DNA from: Candidatus Pacearchaeota archaeon
GTDB taxonomy: Archaea; Nanobdellota; Nanobdellia; Pacearchaeales; GW2011-AR1
Direction of reading: 5' to 3'
Length of the DNA stretch: 63,268 bases
NCBI GenBank assembly: GCA_050302495.1
Contig: JBNLBP010000001.1
Location: 1-63,268 of the forward strand
A program made the position numbers and the translations under genes. Position 1 is the first letter of the stretch. Every line of letters starts with the position of its first letter. Positions 34,927 through 43,438 of this stretch are shown here, one piece after another. The notes under the pieces were generated by a model, which was not told the DNA's origin, did not search any database, and worked only from the letters and a program-made list of their open reading frames with translations.

Positions 34927-35625
34927 ATGGGAAAGAGAATAATACAACAGGCACGGGGAAAGGGAAGTTCAACTTATAGAGTTAAGAGAAAAGCTTTCAG
35001 TCACAAAATCCAATATCCAAGAGGATTAACTGGAGAAGGAAGAATTGTAAAGTTATTCTTAACTGGTGGACATAGTGCTCCGCTTGCAAAGATAAACTGG
35101 TCTGGAGAGAGTTTTTATGTTCCTGCATTCAAAGGAATGGTTCAAGGAGAGAAGATTAATTTTGATTCAAAAGAAATTGTTAAAGGAAGTATCCTTGAGT
35201 TAGGAGATATTCCACTTAAGACAAAGATATTTTGCATTGAATCGAGACCTGGAGATGGTGGAAAGTTCATAAAGACTGCAGGAAGTTCTGCAGAAGTTGT
35301 TAGAAGGGTCGGCAAAAATGTTCATGTATTAATGCCGTCGAAAAAAGAAAAACCTTTTAACCCGAAATGTCGGGCTATTATTGGTGAAGCTGCTGGTCAT
35401 GGTAGAACAGACAAACCAATAATGAAAGCTGGAAAGCAACATCATATTAAGAAAGCAAAAAGTAAATTATGGCCAAGAACAGGTGCATTGAAAGTTAATG
35501 CTATCGATCATCCTTTCGGTTCAGGTAGAGGAAAGAACCCTAAGAGCAAGATTGCAAAGAGAAATTCAGCTCCTGGTCAAAAGGTTGGTTTATTGAGACC
35601 AAGAAGGACAGGTAAGAGAAAGTAA
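34927..35625 (+). CDS. rpl2: ribosomal protein L2 (uL2)
   Basis: 232 aa; GRNSAPGQKVGLLRPRRTG and conserved His region match uL2. Confidence 0.9.
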   Translation: MGKRIIQQARGKGSSTYRVKRKAFSHKIQYPRGLTGEGRIVKLFLTGGHSAPLAKINWSGESFYVPAFKGMVQGEKINFDSKEIVKGSILELGDIPLKTKIFCIESRPGDGGKFIKTAGSSAEVVRRVGKNVHVLMPSKKEKPFNPKCRAIIGEAAGHGRTDKPIMKAGKQHHIKKAKSKLWPRTGALKVNAIDHPFGSGRGKNPKSKIAKRNSAPGQKVGLLRPRRTGKRK

Positions 35626-35626
35626 A

Positions 35627-35995
35627 ATGGAAATGAAATTACAAACAACTGGAATAAAGTATGAAAATCTAGTTGGAAAAGGATTAGAACTTTTTTGTGA
35701 AAGTGCGGTCAATAAAGATGAAAATGTTGTGGGAAGGTATCTTCCTGGAATTGAGGGACAAGAGATAACCTATTTAGGAAATTTAGGACATAGATTCGGA
35801 GAAAGAGATTTATTTGGATTTGAAGAAGACAATAAATTGACTGTCCTTGTTGGAAACATAAAAGACATTACTGGAAACAGGGCAACGTTAAGCACCTTTG
35901 TTCAAAGCATTTCCCCAAATTTTTACGGAACTGAAAATTTGAGTGATGAGATTTTAAAACAATGCAAAGAGATTTTGTCAGGAGTAAAAGAATAA
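35627..35995 (+). CDS. small hypothetical protein inserted between L2 and S19
   Basis: 122 aa; 1-nt spacers on both sides; Gly-rich, no TM. Confidence 0.5.
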   Translation: MEMKLQTTGIKYENLVGKGLELFCESAVNKDENVVGRYLPGIEGQEITYLGNLGHRFGERDLFGFEEDNKLTVLVGNIKDITGNRATLSTFVQSISPNFYGTENLSDEILKQCKEILSGVKE

Positions 35996-35996
35996 A

Positions 35997-36401
35997 ATGG
36001 TAGATATAGGATCACAAAAGAAACAATTCAAGTATCGAGGCAAAGATATTGAAGAGTTGAAGGCTTTAGATACTCGAGAGGTTGCAAAATACCTTGATTC
36101 GAGAGCTAGAAGAACTGTACTTAGAAACTTCCAAGAAATTGAGGATTTCCTTCAGAGAGCTAAGAGAAAACAATCAAAGAATAAGAAGATTAAAACTCAT
36201 AAGAGAAAATTGATAGTTGTTCCTCAAATGGTTGGAATGCAAATCCAAGTACATAACGGAAGAATGTTTATTCCAATTGAGGTTGTCCCGGAGATGATCG
36301 GACATTATTTGGGAGAATTTTCATTAACAAGGGCAAAAGCTTCACATAGTAAATCAGGAGTTGGTGCTACTAAGGGTAGTAGAGCCAAATCCAAGAAGTA
36401 A
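35997..36401 (+). CDS. rps19: ribosomal protein S19 (uS19)
   Basis: 134 aa; HNGRMFIPIEVVPEMIGHYLGEFSLTR matches uS19. Confidence 0.9.
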   Translation: MVDIGSQKKQFKYRGKDIEELKALDTREVAKYLDSRARRTVLRNFQEIEDFLQRAKRKQSKNKKIKTHKRKLIVVPQMVGMQIQVHNGRMFIPIEVVPEMIGHYLGEFSLTRAKASHSKSGVGATKGSRAKSKK

Positions 36402-36406
36402 GTAAA

Positions 36407-37018
36407 ATGACAGAAAAACAATACGCTCCAAGTGCTAAAGAAAAGAAGATGTCTACAAAGAAAGTAGAATCCCCAGTAGCAGAAGCTCCTAAAAAGGTTG
36501 AAGCTAAAGAAAATAAAACTGAAGAGAAAAAAGTTGAAGAAAAGAAAACAGAAGTAAAGCAACCTGTTAAAGTTACAAAAGTTAAGAAAGATCTTGCTGT
36601 AGTTAATGCAAACAATTCAAAAGTTTCATTAAAATATGCAATAAGCATTTGTAAATTCATTAAAGGCAAAAGAATTGGCGATGCGATAAGAGATTTAGAA
36701 GCAGTTGTTGTTAAGAAAAAGGCAGTTCCAATGACTGGAGAGTATGCGCATAAGAAAAGTGTAAAGAAATATGCATCAGGTGCTGGAAAATACCCTGTTA
36801 ATGCTGCAAAGGCTTTCCTTGTGTTGGTTAAAAGCCTTTTAGGAAATGCTAATGCAAATGACATAAATGAACCTGTAATCACTGAATGTATTGCAAACAA
36901 AGCCCCCAAACCAATGGGAAGATTTGGAAGATGGGAAAGAAAAAGATGCCACATCAAATTGGTTGCAAGAGAAATTAAAGTTAAAGAGAATAAAGCTAAG
37001 ACAGAGGAAAAGAAATAA
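36407..37018 (+). CDS. rpl22: ribosomal protein L22 (uL22) with ~55-aa Lys/Glu-rich N-terminal extension
   Basis: C-terminal 150 aa match uL22; N-terminal KKVEAKENKTEEKKVEEKK low-complexity extension. Confidence 0.85.
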   Translation: MTEKQYAPSAKEKKMSTKKVESPVAEAPKKVEAKENKTEEKKVEEKKTEVKQPVKVTKVKKDLAVVNANNSKVSLKYAISICKFIKGKRIGDAIRDLEAVVVKKKAVPMTGEYAHKKSVKKYASGAGKYPVNAAKAFLVLVKSLLGNANANDINEPVITECIANKAPKPMGRFGRWERKRCHIKLVAREIKVKENKAKTEEKK

Positions 37019-37019
37019 A

Positions 37020-37712
37020 ATGGAAGAAAAACAAACTGTAAAATTCAAGAAGGAAGACTTTGCTATAAAGGAAATCATAAGAAAGACAATTGGAAAGGGA
37101 AAGATGAGCAGAGTTAGAATTGAATATACTCCGGTTGGAGAAAAAGTAATAATCTCCACAGATAAACCAGGTTTGGTTATTGGAAGGGGTGGAGAGAGTT
37201 TGAACGAATTAAGTGATATGCTTAGAAAGAATTTCAAATTCCAAAATTTACATATTGAAATTGAAGAAATAAAAGAACCTGAATTTGACTCTCAAACTAT
37301 TGCAGATGAGATTGCTTTAGGTTTAGAGAGAGCTGGACCATTAAAGTTCAAGGTTATTGCTTACAGAACACTTGAGAAAGTGATGAAAGCGGGAGCATTA
37401 GGTTGTGAAATAAGATTAAGCGGAAAACTTCCAAGTTCAAGAGCTAAGACATGGAGATTCGCTCAAGGATATTTAAAGAAAACAGGAGACTCTGCAAAGG
37501 TTGTAAGTCGTGCTCAAGCAAGAGCTGAGACTAAGCCGGGAACTGTGGGAGTTAAGGTTAGTATATTATCACCGCATGCAATATTGAAAGATAGAATAAA
37601 GATCAACGAAGATTTGATAAACCAGTTGAAAGAAAACGCTGAAAAATTAAATGAAGTTCCAGAGAAGAAAACTAAGAAAAAAGCTAAGACTGCTAAGGAG
37701 AGTAAAAAATGA
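37020..37712 (+). CDS. rps3: ribosomal protein S3 (uS3)
   Basis: Start at ATG 37020 directly after the L22 stop (the 36891 start overlaps L22); KH motif VIGRGGESLNEL; Lys-rich C-tail. Confidence 0.9.
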   Translation: MEEKQTVKFKKEDFAIKEIIRKTIGKGKMSRVRIEYTPVGEKVIISTDKPGLVIGRGGESLNELSDMLRKNFKFQNLHIEIEEIKEPEFDSQTIADEIALGLERAGPLKFKVIAYRTLEKVMKAGALGCEIRLSGKLPSSRAKTWRFAQGYLKKTGDSAKVVSRAQARAETKPGTVGVKVSILSPHAILKDRIKINEDLINQLKENAEKLNEVPEKKTKKKAKTAKESKK

Positions 37713-37903
37713 AACACTCAGAAGTAAAGAAATTAAGTAAGACAGACAGAGATAAGAAATTAAAAGAACTAAAGTTGGAATTAGTTAAAGAAAACGTATC
37801 AAAGCAAGGCGGAAATAAATCTGCTAAAATAAGAAAAATAATCGCAAGAATACACACACTCAACAACATGGAAAATAAACCCAAGGAGTTGAATAACAAA
37901 TAA
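37709..37903 (+). CDS. rpl29: ribosomal protein L29 (uL29)
   Basis: 64 aa helical, KLKELKLELVK pattern; ATGA overlap with S3. Confidence 0.8.
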   Translation: MKHSEVKKLSKTDRDKKLKELKLELVKENVSKQGGNKSAKIRKIIARIHTLNNMENKPKELNNK

Positions 37904-37907
37904 AACA

Positions 37908-38207
37908 ATGGAAATAGATCCAAAAACAGGATTGCCAGTTCAGGCAATGGAGTGGGAAGACCTTGCAAAGGGTTCCCAAAAAATACGGGTAACGACCGAT
38001 AAAAAAAGATACGGAAAGATCGTTACTCTAGTGAGTGGTTTCGACAAAGGAATCGACATAAAGAAAACCGCAAAGGCATTGAAGAATGAACTTGCGTGTG
38101 GCGGGACCTTTAAGGACGATGCAGTTGAACTGCAAGGAGACCACACAAAGAAAGTAAAGCAAGTCCTTGTAAAAATGGGATTTGACGAAAGCTCCATAGA
38201 AGACTGA
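37908..38207 (+). CDS. sui1: translation initiation factor SUI1 (aSUI1/eIF1)
   Basis: 99 aa; IRVTTDKKRYGKIVTLVSGF...LACGGT matches the SUI1 fold; canonical position after L29. Confidence 0.8.
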   Translation: MEIDPKTGLPVQAMEWEDLAKGSQKIRVTTDKKRYGKIVTLVSGFDKGIDIKKTAKALKNELACGGTFKDDAVELQGDHTKKVKQVLVKMGFDESSIED

Positions 38208-38225
38208 AGAGGTGAAAAATAAAAA

Positions 38226-38570
38226 ATGGAAAGTAAGAAAATGAAAAAAACAGAAGTAAAAGAATCAAAAATAGTTGGAACTGAAAAGAGTATAAACCCA
38301 AGAGGAAAGATCTTCGAGGGAGTTGTAACAGCAAAGTTCCACAAGAGAATAACAATCGAATTCGAAAGAATGGTTTATATTAGAAAGTATGAAAGATATG
38401 CAAAGTCGAAGACAAAAATCCATGCAAGACTCCCAGTTTCAATGGAAAACGAAGTTAATGTTGGAGATTTGATAAGAGTTCAAGAGTGTAGACCTTTAAG
38501 TAAGATAATCCATTTCATCGTGGTTAAGAAATTAAAAGATGCTTCAGAAATTTTAGGAGGAAAGAAATAA
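38226..38570 (+). CDS. rps17: ribosomal protein S17 (uS17)
   Basis: 114 aa; GKIFEGVVTAKFHKRITIEFERMVYIRKYERY matches uS17. Confidence 0.9.
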   Translation: MESKKMKKTEVKESKIVGTEKSINPRGKIFEGVVTAKFHKRITIEFERMVYIRKYERYAKSKTKIHARLPVSMENEVNVGDLIRVQECRPLSKIIHFIVVKKLKDASEILGGKK

Positions 38571-38571
38571 G

Positions 38572-38973
38572 ATGAAAGCAATAAGTTCAAGAGCTACAGA
38601 AGGATTGAATTTGGGGGCAATAATGGTTGCTGCAGACAATAGTGGGGCTAAAGTTGTAAAATTAGTTTCGGTTAAGAAAGCTAAAGCTAAGAAGGGAAAA
38701 CAAGTTGCTGGAAAGATTGCTGACTGGGTTAAAGTATCCGTAAGAAAAGGTGTTCCAGATATGAAAGGAAAAGTGTTTGATGCAGTAATAGTTAGACAGA
38801 AAAAACCATGGAGAAGGAATACGGGGGAGAGAGTTGCATTTGAAGATAACGCTGTTGCAATCTTGAAAGACGATAAAGGTAATCCGAAAGGAACTCAAAT
38901 TAAAGGACCAATTGCAAGGGAGGTTCAGGAGCGATGGCAATCTGTTGCTAAAATAGCTCAAACTGTTTATTAA
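38572..38973 (+). CDS. rpl14: ribosomal protein L14 (uL14)
   Basis: 133 aa; LNLGAIMVAADNSGAK matches uL14. Confidence 0.9.
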   Translation: MKAISSRATEGLNLGAIMVAADNSGAKVVKLVSVKKAKAKKGKQVAGKIADWVKVSVRKGVPDMKGKVFDAVIVRQKKPWRRNTGERVAFEDNAVAILKDDKGNPKGTQIKGPIAREVQERWQSVAKIAQTVY

Positions 38974-38974
38974 A

Positions 38975-39472
38975 ATGAAGAACAAATTTTCAACAAAATG
39001 GAAGGCAAGTAAGAGACCTTCAAAGCAGAGAAAGTATTTAGCAAATGCTCCTTTACATATAAAGGCAAAACTAGTTAGCGTAAATCTTGCAAAACCTCTT
39101 AGAAAGACTTCAGAAAAGAGAAATGTTCCAGTAAGAAAGGATGACAAGGTAAAGATTATGAGAGGTAAATTCAAAGGGAAAGAAGGAAAGGTTTTGAGTG
39201 TAAGTACAAAATATTCAAAAGTAATTGTCGAAGGAATAACAATCAAGAAAATGGATGGTTCACAAGCAAATGTTCCATTAAAACCTTCAAACTTACAGAT
39301 AATTGAGATGACAGATAGAAAACAAAAAGCAGTTTCTGAGAAGAAGACTGAAGTAAAAAAAAGAGTCTCTGAAACAAAGTCTCAGGACTCATCCGCTGTA
39401 GCGACGTCGAACGAAACACCTAAAAAGGAAGTTAAAGAAGTAAAAGATAAAGGTAAGGAGAATAAAAAATGA
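38975..39472 (+). CDS. rpl24: ribosomal protein L24 (uL24) with Lys-rich C-terminal extension
   Basis: KOW motif KDDKVKIMRGKFKGKEGKV; ~50 extra C-terminal residues. Confidence 0.85.
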   Translation: MKNKFSTKWKASKRPSKQRKYLANAPLHIKAKLVSVNLAKPLRKTSEKRNVPVRKDDKVKIMRGKFKGKEGKVLSVSTKYSKVIVEGITIKKMDGSQANVPLKPSNLQIIEMTDRKQKAVSEKKTEVKKRVSETKSQDSSAVATSNETPKKEVKEVKDKGKENKK

Positions 39473-40119
39473 AACATCTAAAGAGAGAAGTAGTACCAAA
39501 GAGTTGGCCAGTTCCAAGGAAAGGAACAACTTTTGTAGTTAGATCTAACTCAAATCCTGAAAAGGGTGTTCCAATGTTGATATTCCTTAGAGATATGGTA
39601 AAGGTTTCTCAAAATAGAAAAGAAGTGAAGAGAGCTTTAGTTAACAAGAATATTCTAATTAATGGAAAATACGTTTCAGATGAGAAAAACGCAGTTGTAT
39701 TACTTGATGTTGTTACAATTGTTCCATCAAAGAAATATTTCGTTCTTGATTTAACAGAAAACGGAAAGTTCGTTGCTAGAGAAATATCTGAGAAAGAGTC
39801 AATGAATAAAGTTTCAAAGATTACCGGAAAGAAATCTCTAAGAGGGAAGAAAACTCAAATTAATTTGATAGACGGAAGAAATTTCATCTCAAATGTAAAA
39901 TGTGTAGTAGGAGATTCTGTTTTGATTGATTTCAAAGGAAATAAAATTGAGAAATGTGTTCCATTGAAAGATAAAGCGAAAGTAATTATTTTTGCAGGAA
40001 AACACGCAGGAATGAAAGGAGAAATAGAAAAGATTGACGAGGAAAGAAAGATGGCTTCAGTGTCTTCAAATGGAGAAAAAATAAATGTTCTTGTTGAACA
40101 ACTAATGGTAACAGAATAA
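39469..40119 (+). CDS. rps4e: ribosomal protein S4e (eS4)
   Basis: 216 aa; MKHLKREVVPKSWPVPRKGTTFVV matches eS4. Confidence 0.9.
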   Translation: MKHLKREVVPKSWPVPRKGTTFVVRSNSNPEKGVPMLIFLRDMVKVSQNRKEVKRALVNKNILINGKYVSDEKNAVVLLDVVTIVPSKKYFVLDLTENGKFVAREISEKESMNKVSKITGKKSLRGKKTQINLIDGRNFISNVKCVVGDSVLIDFKGNKIEKCVPLKDKAKVIIFAGKHAGMKGEIEKIDEERKMASVSSNGEKINVLVEQLMVTE

Positions 40120-40120
40120 A

Positions 40121-40639
40121 ATGGCAGAAGAAAAAACTGAAAAAGTAAACCCTATGAATGAGGTTAAAATTGAAAAGGTAGTTTTAAGCATAGGTGGGAC
40201 TGGAGATTATTTGGATAGAGGTTACAGATTGTTGAAATATCTTACAGGAAAGAATCCTATGAAGACAAAGGCTCAGAAAAGAATTCCAGCATGGGGGGTT
40301 AGACCTGGTTTGGAAGTTGGAGCAACAGTAACATTAAGGAAAGATGCTATTGATTTTTTGAAGAGAATGTTGGTTACAATAGATAATAACTTGAAAAAGA
40401 AGCAAGTAAGTGAAAATAGTCTTTCATTTGGAATAAAAGAGTATATTGAAATACCTGATGTAGAATATCAAAGGGATATCGGTATAATGGGGTTCGATGT
40501 AACAATAACATTTAAGAGATCAGGAAGAAGAGTTAAATTAAGAAAGATAAAATCTGGAAAAGTTGGAAAAAAACAGATTATAAAGAAGGAAGAAATAGTA
40601 AAATATATGGAGGATAATTTCGGAACGGAATTTATATAA
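40121..40639 (+). CDS. rpl5: ribosomal protein L5 (uL5)
   Basis: 172 aa; NPMNEVKIEKVVLSIGGTG matches uL5. Confidence 0.9.
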   Translation: MAEEKTEKVNPMNEVKIEKVVLSIGGTGDYLDRGYRLLKYLTGKNPMKTKAQKRIPAWGVRPGLEVGATVTLRKDAIDFLKRMLVTIDNNLKKKQVSENSLSFGIKEYIEIPDVEYQRDIGIMGFDVTITFKRSGRRVKLRKIKSGKVGKKQIIKKEEIVKYMEDNFGTEFI

Positions 40640-40640
40640 A

Positions 40641-40907
40641 ATGGCAAATAAAATAACTTTAAAGAATAGGGAGAAATTGAGGGAAGAGCTTGAGAAGTTA
40701 GTTGTACAAGTTGATGAGATAAACGACTTCATGGGGCAGTTACCTCATAACAATCATGGGCAGGCAACTAGGAGCTTAAACCCTAAGAAAGGTGAATATT
40801 TAAGTCACTTTGATGGAAATAGCGAAGGCATAGTTGGAAAATATCGTTCAAAAAATGGAGAGGTTTATACTATTAGCGTATCAAAAGAATACGGAGGTGG
40901 AAAATAA
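40641..40907 (+). CDS. small hypothetical protein inserted between L5 and S14 (YegP/DUF1508-like motif)
   Basis: 88 aa; 1-nt spacers to both neighbours; N-terminal helix then GIVGKYRSKNGEVYTISVSKEY. Confidence 0.55.
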   Translation: MANKITLKNREKLREELEKLVVQVDEINDFMGQLPHNNHGQATRSLNPKKGEYLSHFDGNSEGIVGKYRSKNGEVYTISVSKEYGGGK

Positions 40908-40908
40908 A

Positions 40909-41139
40909 ATGACAGCAAGCAATTACGAAAAGATGTTGAAGCAATTAAGAAGCAAACCTGCAAAGATGCAGAGATACTTGAAGCACAATAAGCCAAAAAC
41001 TAGAACTACTGGTAAGGCTTTGAGAAGATGTGAACAGACGGGACAATTCGGAGGACACATAAAAATGTACGGATTGAACTTATGTAGACAGGCATTCAGA
41101 GAAATAGCGGAGGAATTAGGATTTAAGAAATACTCTTAA
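40909..41139 (+). CDS. rps14: ribosomal protein S14 (uS14), zinc-free variant
   Basis: Internal start MTASNYEKMLKQ... directly after the upstream stop; C-terminus YGLNLCRQAFREIAEELGFKKY matches uS14, but the CxxC pairs are RRCEQTG / LCRQAF (Zn ligands lost). Confidence 0.8.
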   Translation: MTASNYEKMLKQLRSKPAKMQRYLKHNKPKTRTTGKALRRCEQTGQFGGHIKMYGLNLCRQAFREIAEELGFKKYS

Positions 41140-41153
41140 ATTGCAAAAGTAAA

Positions 41154-41534
41154 ATGAGTCACGATGTTGTAGCAGATGGATTGAATATGTTGAGAAATGC
41201 AGCTGTAGCTGGAAAAGAAACCGTGAAGATAAATAGAATCTCAAATGTTTTGATAGAAGTTCTTAAAATAATGAAGCAAGATGGAGCAATAAAGAAATAT
41301 AAAATAGATTCTGAAGATAAATCTCTTACAGTTACAATAGACAAATTAGATGAATGTAAGGCAATAAAACCAAGATTCACTTGTGATGTTTCGCAAATAG
41401 AGAACTATAGAAGAAGATATCTTCCAGCAAGAGATGTTGGAACAATGATACTTTCTACAAACAAAGGGTTAATGACTCACAAAGAGGCAACAGAAGAAAA
41501 TATTGGAGGATGCCTAATTGCATATTTCTATTAA
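41154..41534 (+). CDS. rps8: ribosomal protein S8 (uS8)
   Basis: 126 aa; DGLNMLRNA N-terminus and C-terminal GGCLIAYFY match uS8. Confidence 0.9.
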   Translation: MSHDVVADGLNMLRNAAVAGKETVKINRISNVLIEVLKIMKQDGAIKKYKIDSEDKSLTVTIDKLDECKAIKPRFTCDVSQIENYRRRYLPARDVGTMILSTNKGLMTHKEATEENIGGCLIAYFY

Positions 41535-41535
41535 A

Positions 41536-42078
41536 ATGAAAAAACCTTTATCAAAAATAATTGAAATTCCTGAAGGAGTGGAAGTTGCTCTAGATGGAAG
41601 AGATGTTAAGGTAAAAGGCCCAGAAGGAGAGATAACTAAAGATTTTGATTTTGGGACTTTAGATATTGTTATCAAAGATGGAAAGATAGAATTAAGCCAT
41701 AAAAGTGCAACAAAGACTGAAAAGAGAACAATGAATACTTTTGCAGCGCATATACTAAACATGATTAAAGGTGTTCAAGAGAAATTCGAATATACGCTTA
41801 AGGTTGCTTCAAGCCACTTCCCTATGACTGTGAAGGTAGAAGGAAACATTGCAACAATAAAGAATTATTACGGAGAAAAAACTGATAGAAAAACAAAAAT
41901 TCCGAAAGGAGTTGAGGTAGAAGTTAACAAAGATTCAATTGTTGTTAAGTCTGTTGATAAAGAACTTGCAGGTCAGGCTGCAGCAAATTTCGAGAACGCT
42001 ACAAAAGTTAGAAATAGGGATAGAAGAATTTTCCAAGATGGAATTTACATAACTAAAAAACACGATAAAGCTATTTAA
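41536..42078 (+). CDS. rpl6: ribosomal protein L6 (uL6)
   Basis: Start MKKPLSKIIEIPEGVEV immediately after the S8 stop; two-domain uL6 pattern. Confidence 0.85.
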   Translation: MKKPLSKIIEIPEGVEVALDGRDVKVKGPEGEITKDFDFGTLDIVIKDGKIELSHKSATKTEKRTMNTFAAHILNMIKGVQEKFEYTLKVASSHFPMTVKVEGNIATIKNYYGEKTDRKTKIPKGVEVEVNKDSIVVKSVDKELAGQAAANFENATKVRNRDRRIFQDGIYITKKHDKAI

Positions 42079-42083
42079 TTAAA

Positions 42084-42488
42084 ATGACCGAAAAGAAAAA
42101 ACCAAATTTCAAGAGAAAGGACTCACACAAGTATTCTAAGCTTGGAAAGTCAAGAAAGAATAAACAGAAGTGGAAGAAACCTACTGGAAGAGATAACAAA
42201 ATGCGTGAGAAGAAGAAGGGTCATCCAGCGGTTGTTTCAATAGGGTATAAGACAAACACTTCAATAAGAGGAAAAGTGGAAGAAAAGAAACCAGTTTATG
42301 TTTACAACATCAAGGATTTGGAAAATGTAAACACAAATGAAATTGTAATTGTTGGAAATGTTGGGATGAAGAAGAAAGTAGAAATTACAAAGGTTGCAAA
42401 AGAAAAGAAAATCAAAATAAAAAACATTAATGAGAAAAAATTAATGAAGAAAGTTAAGAAAAAAACAACTAAGGAGAGTAAAAAATGA
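42084..42488 (+). CDS. rpl32e: ribosomal protein L32e (eL32)
   Basis: 134 aa; FKRKDSHKYSKLGKSRKNKQKWKKPTGRDNKMR matches eL32. Confidence 0.85.
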   Translation: MTEKKKPNFKRKDSHKYSKLGKSRKNKQKWKKPTGRDNKMREKKKGHPAVVSIGYKTNTSIRGKVEEKKPVYVYNIKDLENVNTNEIVIVGNVGMKKKVEITKVAKEKKIKIKNINEKKLMKKVKKKTTKESKK

Positions 42489-42952
42489 ATTTGAGATCAA
42501 AGAAGGAGCTAGCTGCAAGAACATTCAAGGTTGGTAAAGAAAGAATTACTTTCATTAAAGAAAGATTGGATGAAGTAAAAGAAGCTATAACTAAACAAGA
42601 TATGATTGGTTTGGAGAAAGACGGAGCAATAAAGGTAAAGGAAGTAAGTGGGAGAAAGAAGGTACATACTGTAAGAAATAGAAGCCCAGGGAACGTAAGA
42701 AAGAAGGTTAACACTAGAAAAAGGGACTATGTTATCATGACTAGAAAGCTTAGACAACACGTTAGACACCTTAAATCCAATGGAGAATTAAGCCCTGAAG
42801 AAGTTAAAGAAATAAGAAAAAGAATAAGAAACAAAGGATTTAAGAGTAAAGCACATATGAAAGAACAGATAGCAACAAAGAATTATTCCTCTGTTCAAGT
42901 ATCAGGAAAATCAAAAAATAAAAAAACTAAATCAAGTAAAAAGAAAAAATGA
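42485..42952 (+). CDS. rpl19e: ribosomal protein L19e (eL19)
   Basis: 155 aa; LRSKKELAARTFKVGKERI N-terminus typical of eL19. Confidence 0.85.
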   Translation: MNLRSKKELAARTFKVGKERITFIKERLDEVKEAITKQDMIGLEKDGAIKVKEVSGRKKVHTVRNRSPGNVRKKVNTRKRDYVIMTRKLRQHVRHLKSNGELSPEEVKEIRKRIRNKGFKSKAHMKEQIATKNYSSVQVSGKSKNKKTKSSKKKK

Positions 42953-43437
42953 AAGTACAAAAACGAAGAAGAAGAGAAAATAAGACAGACTATCTTAAGA
43001 GAATGAAGCTTCTTAAGAGCGCAAAGCCAAGAGTAGTATTCAGAAAAACAAACAAATATGTTATTGCGCAATATGTTGTTAGTGATGAAGCTAAAGATAA
43101 AGTTGTATTTGGAGTAAGTTCAAAAGATTTGTTAAAGAAAGGTTGGGATGAAAATGCTAAAGGATCTTTGAAGTCAATACCTGCAACATATTTAACAGGG
43201 TATTATGCTGGTAAAAAAATCTTGAAAGAAGGGCTTGAAACTCCAATAGTGGATTTAGGTATGATAAAAACTTTACATAAAACAAAGGTTTTTGCTTTTA
43301 TCAAAGGTTTAATTGATTCTGGAGTAGAAATTGGATCAAAAGAAGAAGCATTCCCTGAAGAAGAAAGAATAAATGGAGAAAGTTTAAAGAACAAGGTAGA
43401 CATTCAAAAAATTAAATCAAGTTTAGATAAAGAATAA
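42949..43437 (+). CDS. rpl18: ribosomal protein L18 (uL18)
   Basis: 162 aa; RRRRENKTDYLKRMKLLKS...PRVVFRKTNKYVIAQ matches uL18. Confidence 0.85.
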   Translation: MKVQKRRRRENKTDYLKRMKLLKSAKPRVVFRKTNKYVIAQYVVSDEAKDKVVFGVSSKDLLKKGWDENAKGSLKSIPATYLTGYYAGKKILKEGLETPIVDLGMIKTLHKTKVFAFIKGLIDSGVEIGSKEEAFPEEERINGESLKNKVDIQKIKSSLDKE

Positions 43438-43438
43438 A

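Noticed and set aside
36891-37019. Long N-terminal extension of S3 (start 36891), and similar upstream-extended starts for L30 (44259), S14 (40834), L6 (41518), L37ae (12341) and the L10|L12 insert (23907)
   Set aside because: Each extension overlaps the preceding conserved gene in another frame or a tRNA. An internal ATG immediately after the upstream stop gives the canonical protein N-terminus
36370-39246. Several long minus-strand ORFs (36370-36957, 36839-37237, 37940-38344, 38662-39246 etc.) antisense to the r-protein cluster
   Set aside because: Antisense shadows of Lys/Glu-rich coding sequence (polyphenylalanine/leucine-rich translations); no start context; they overlap well-supported conserved genes
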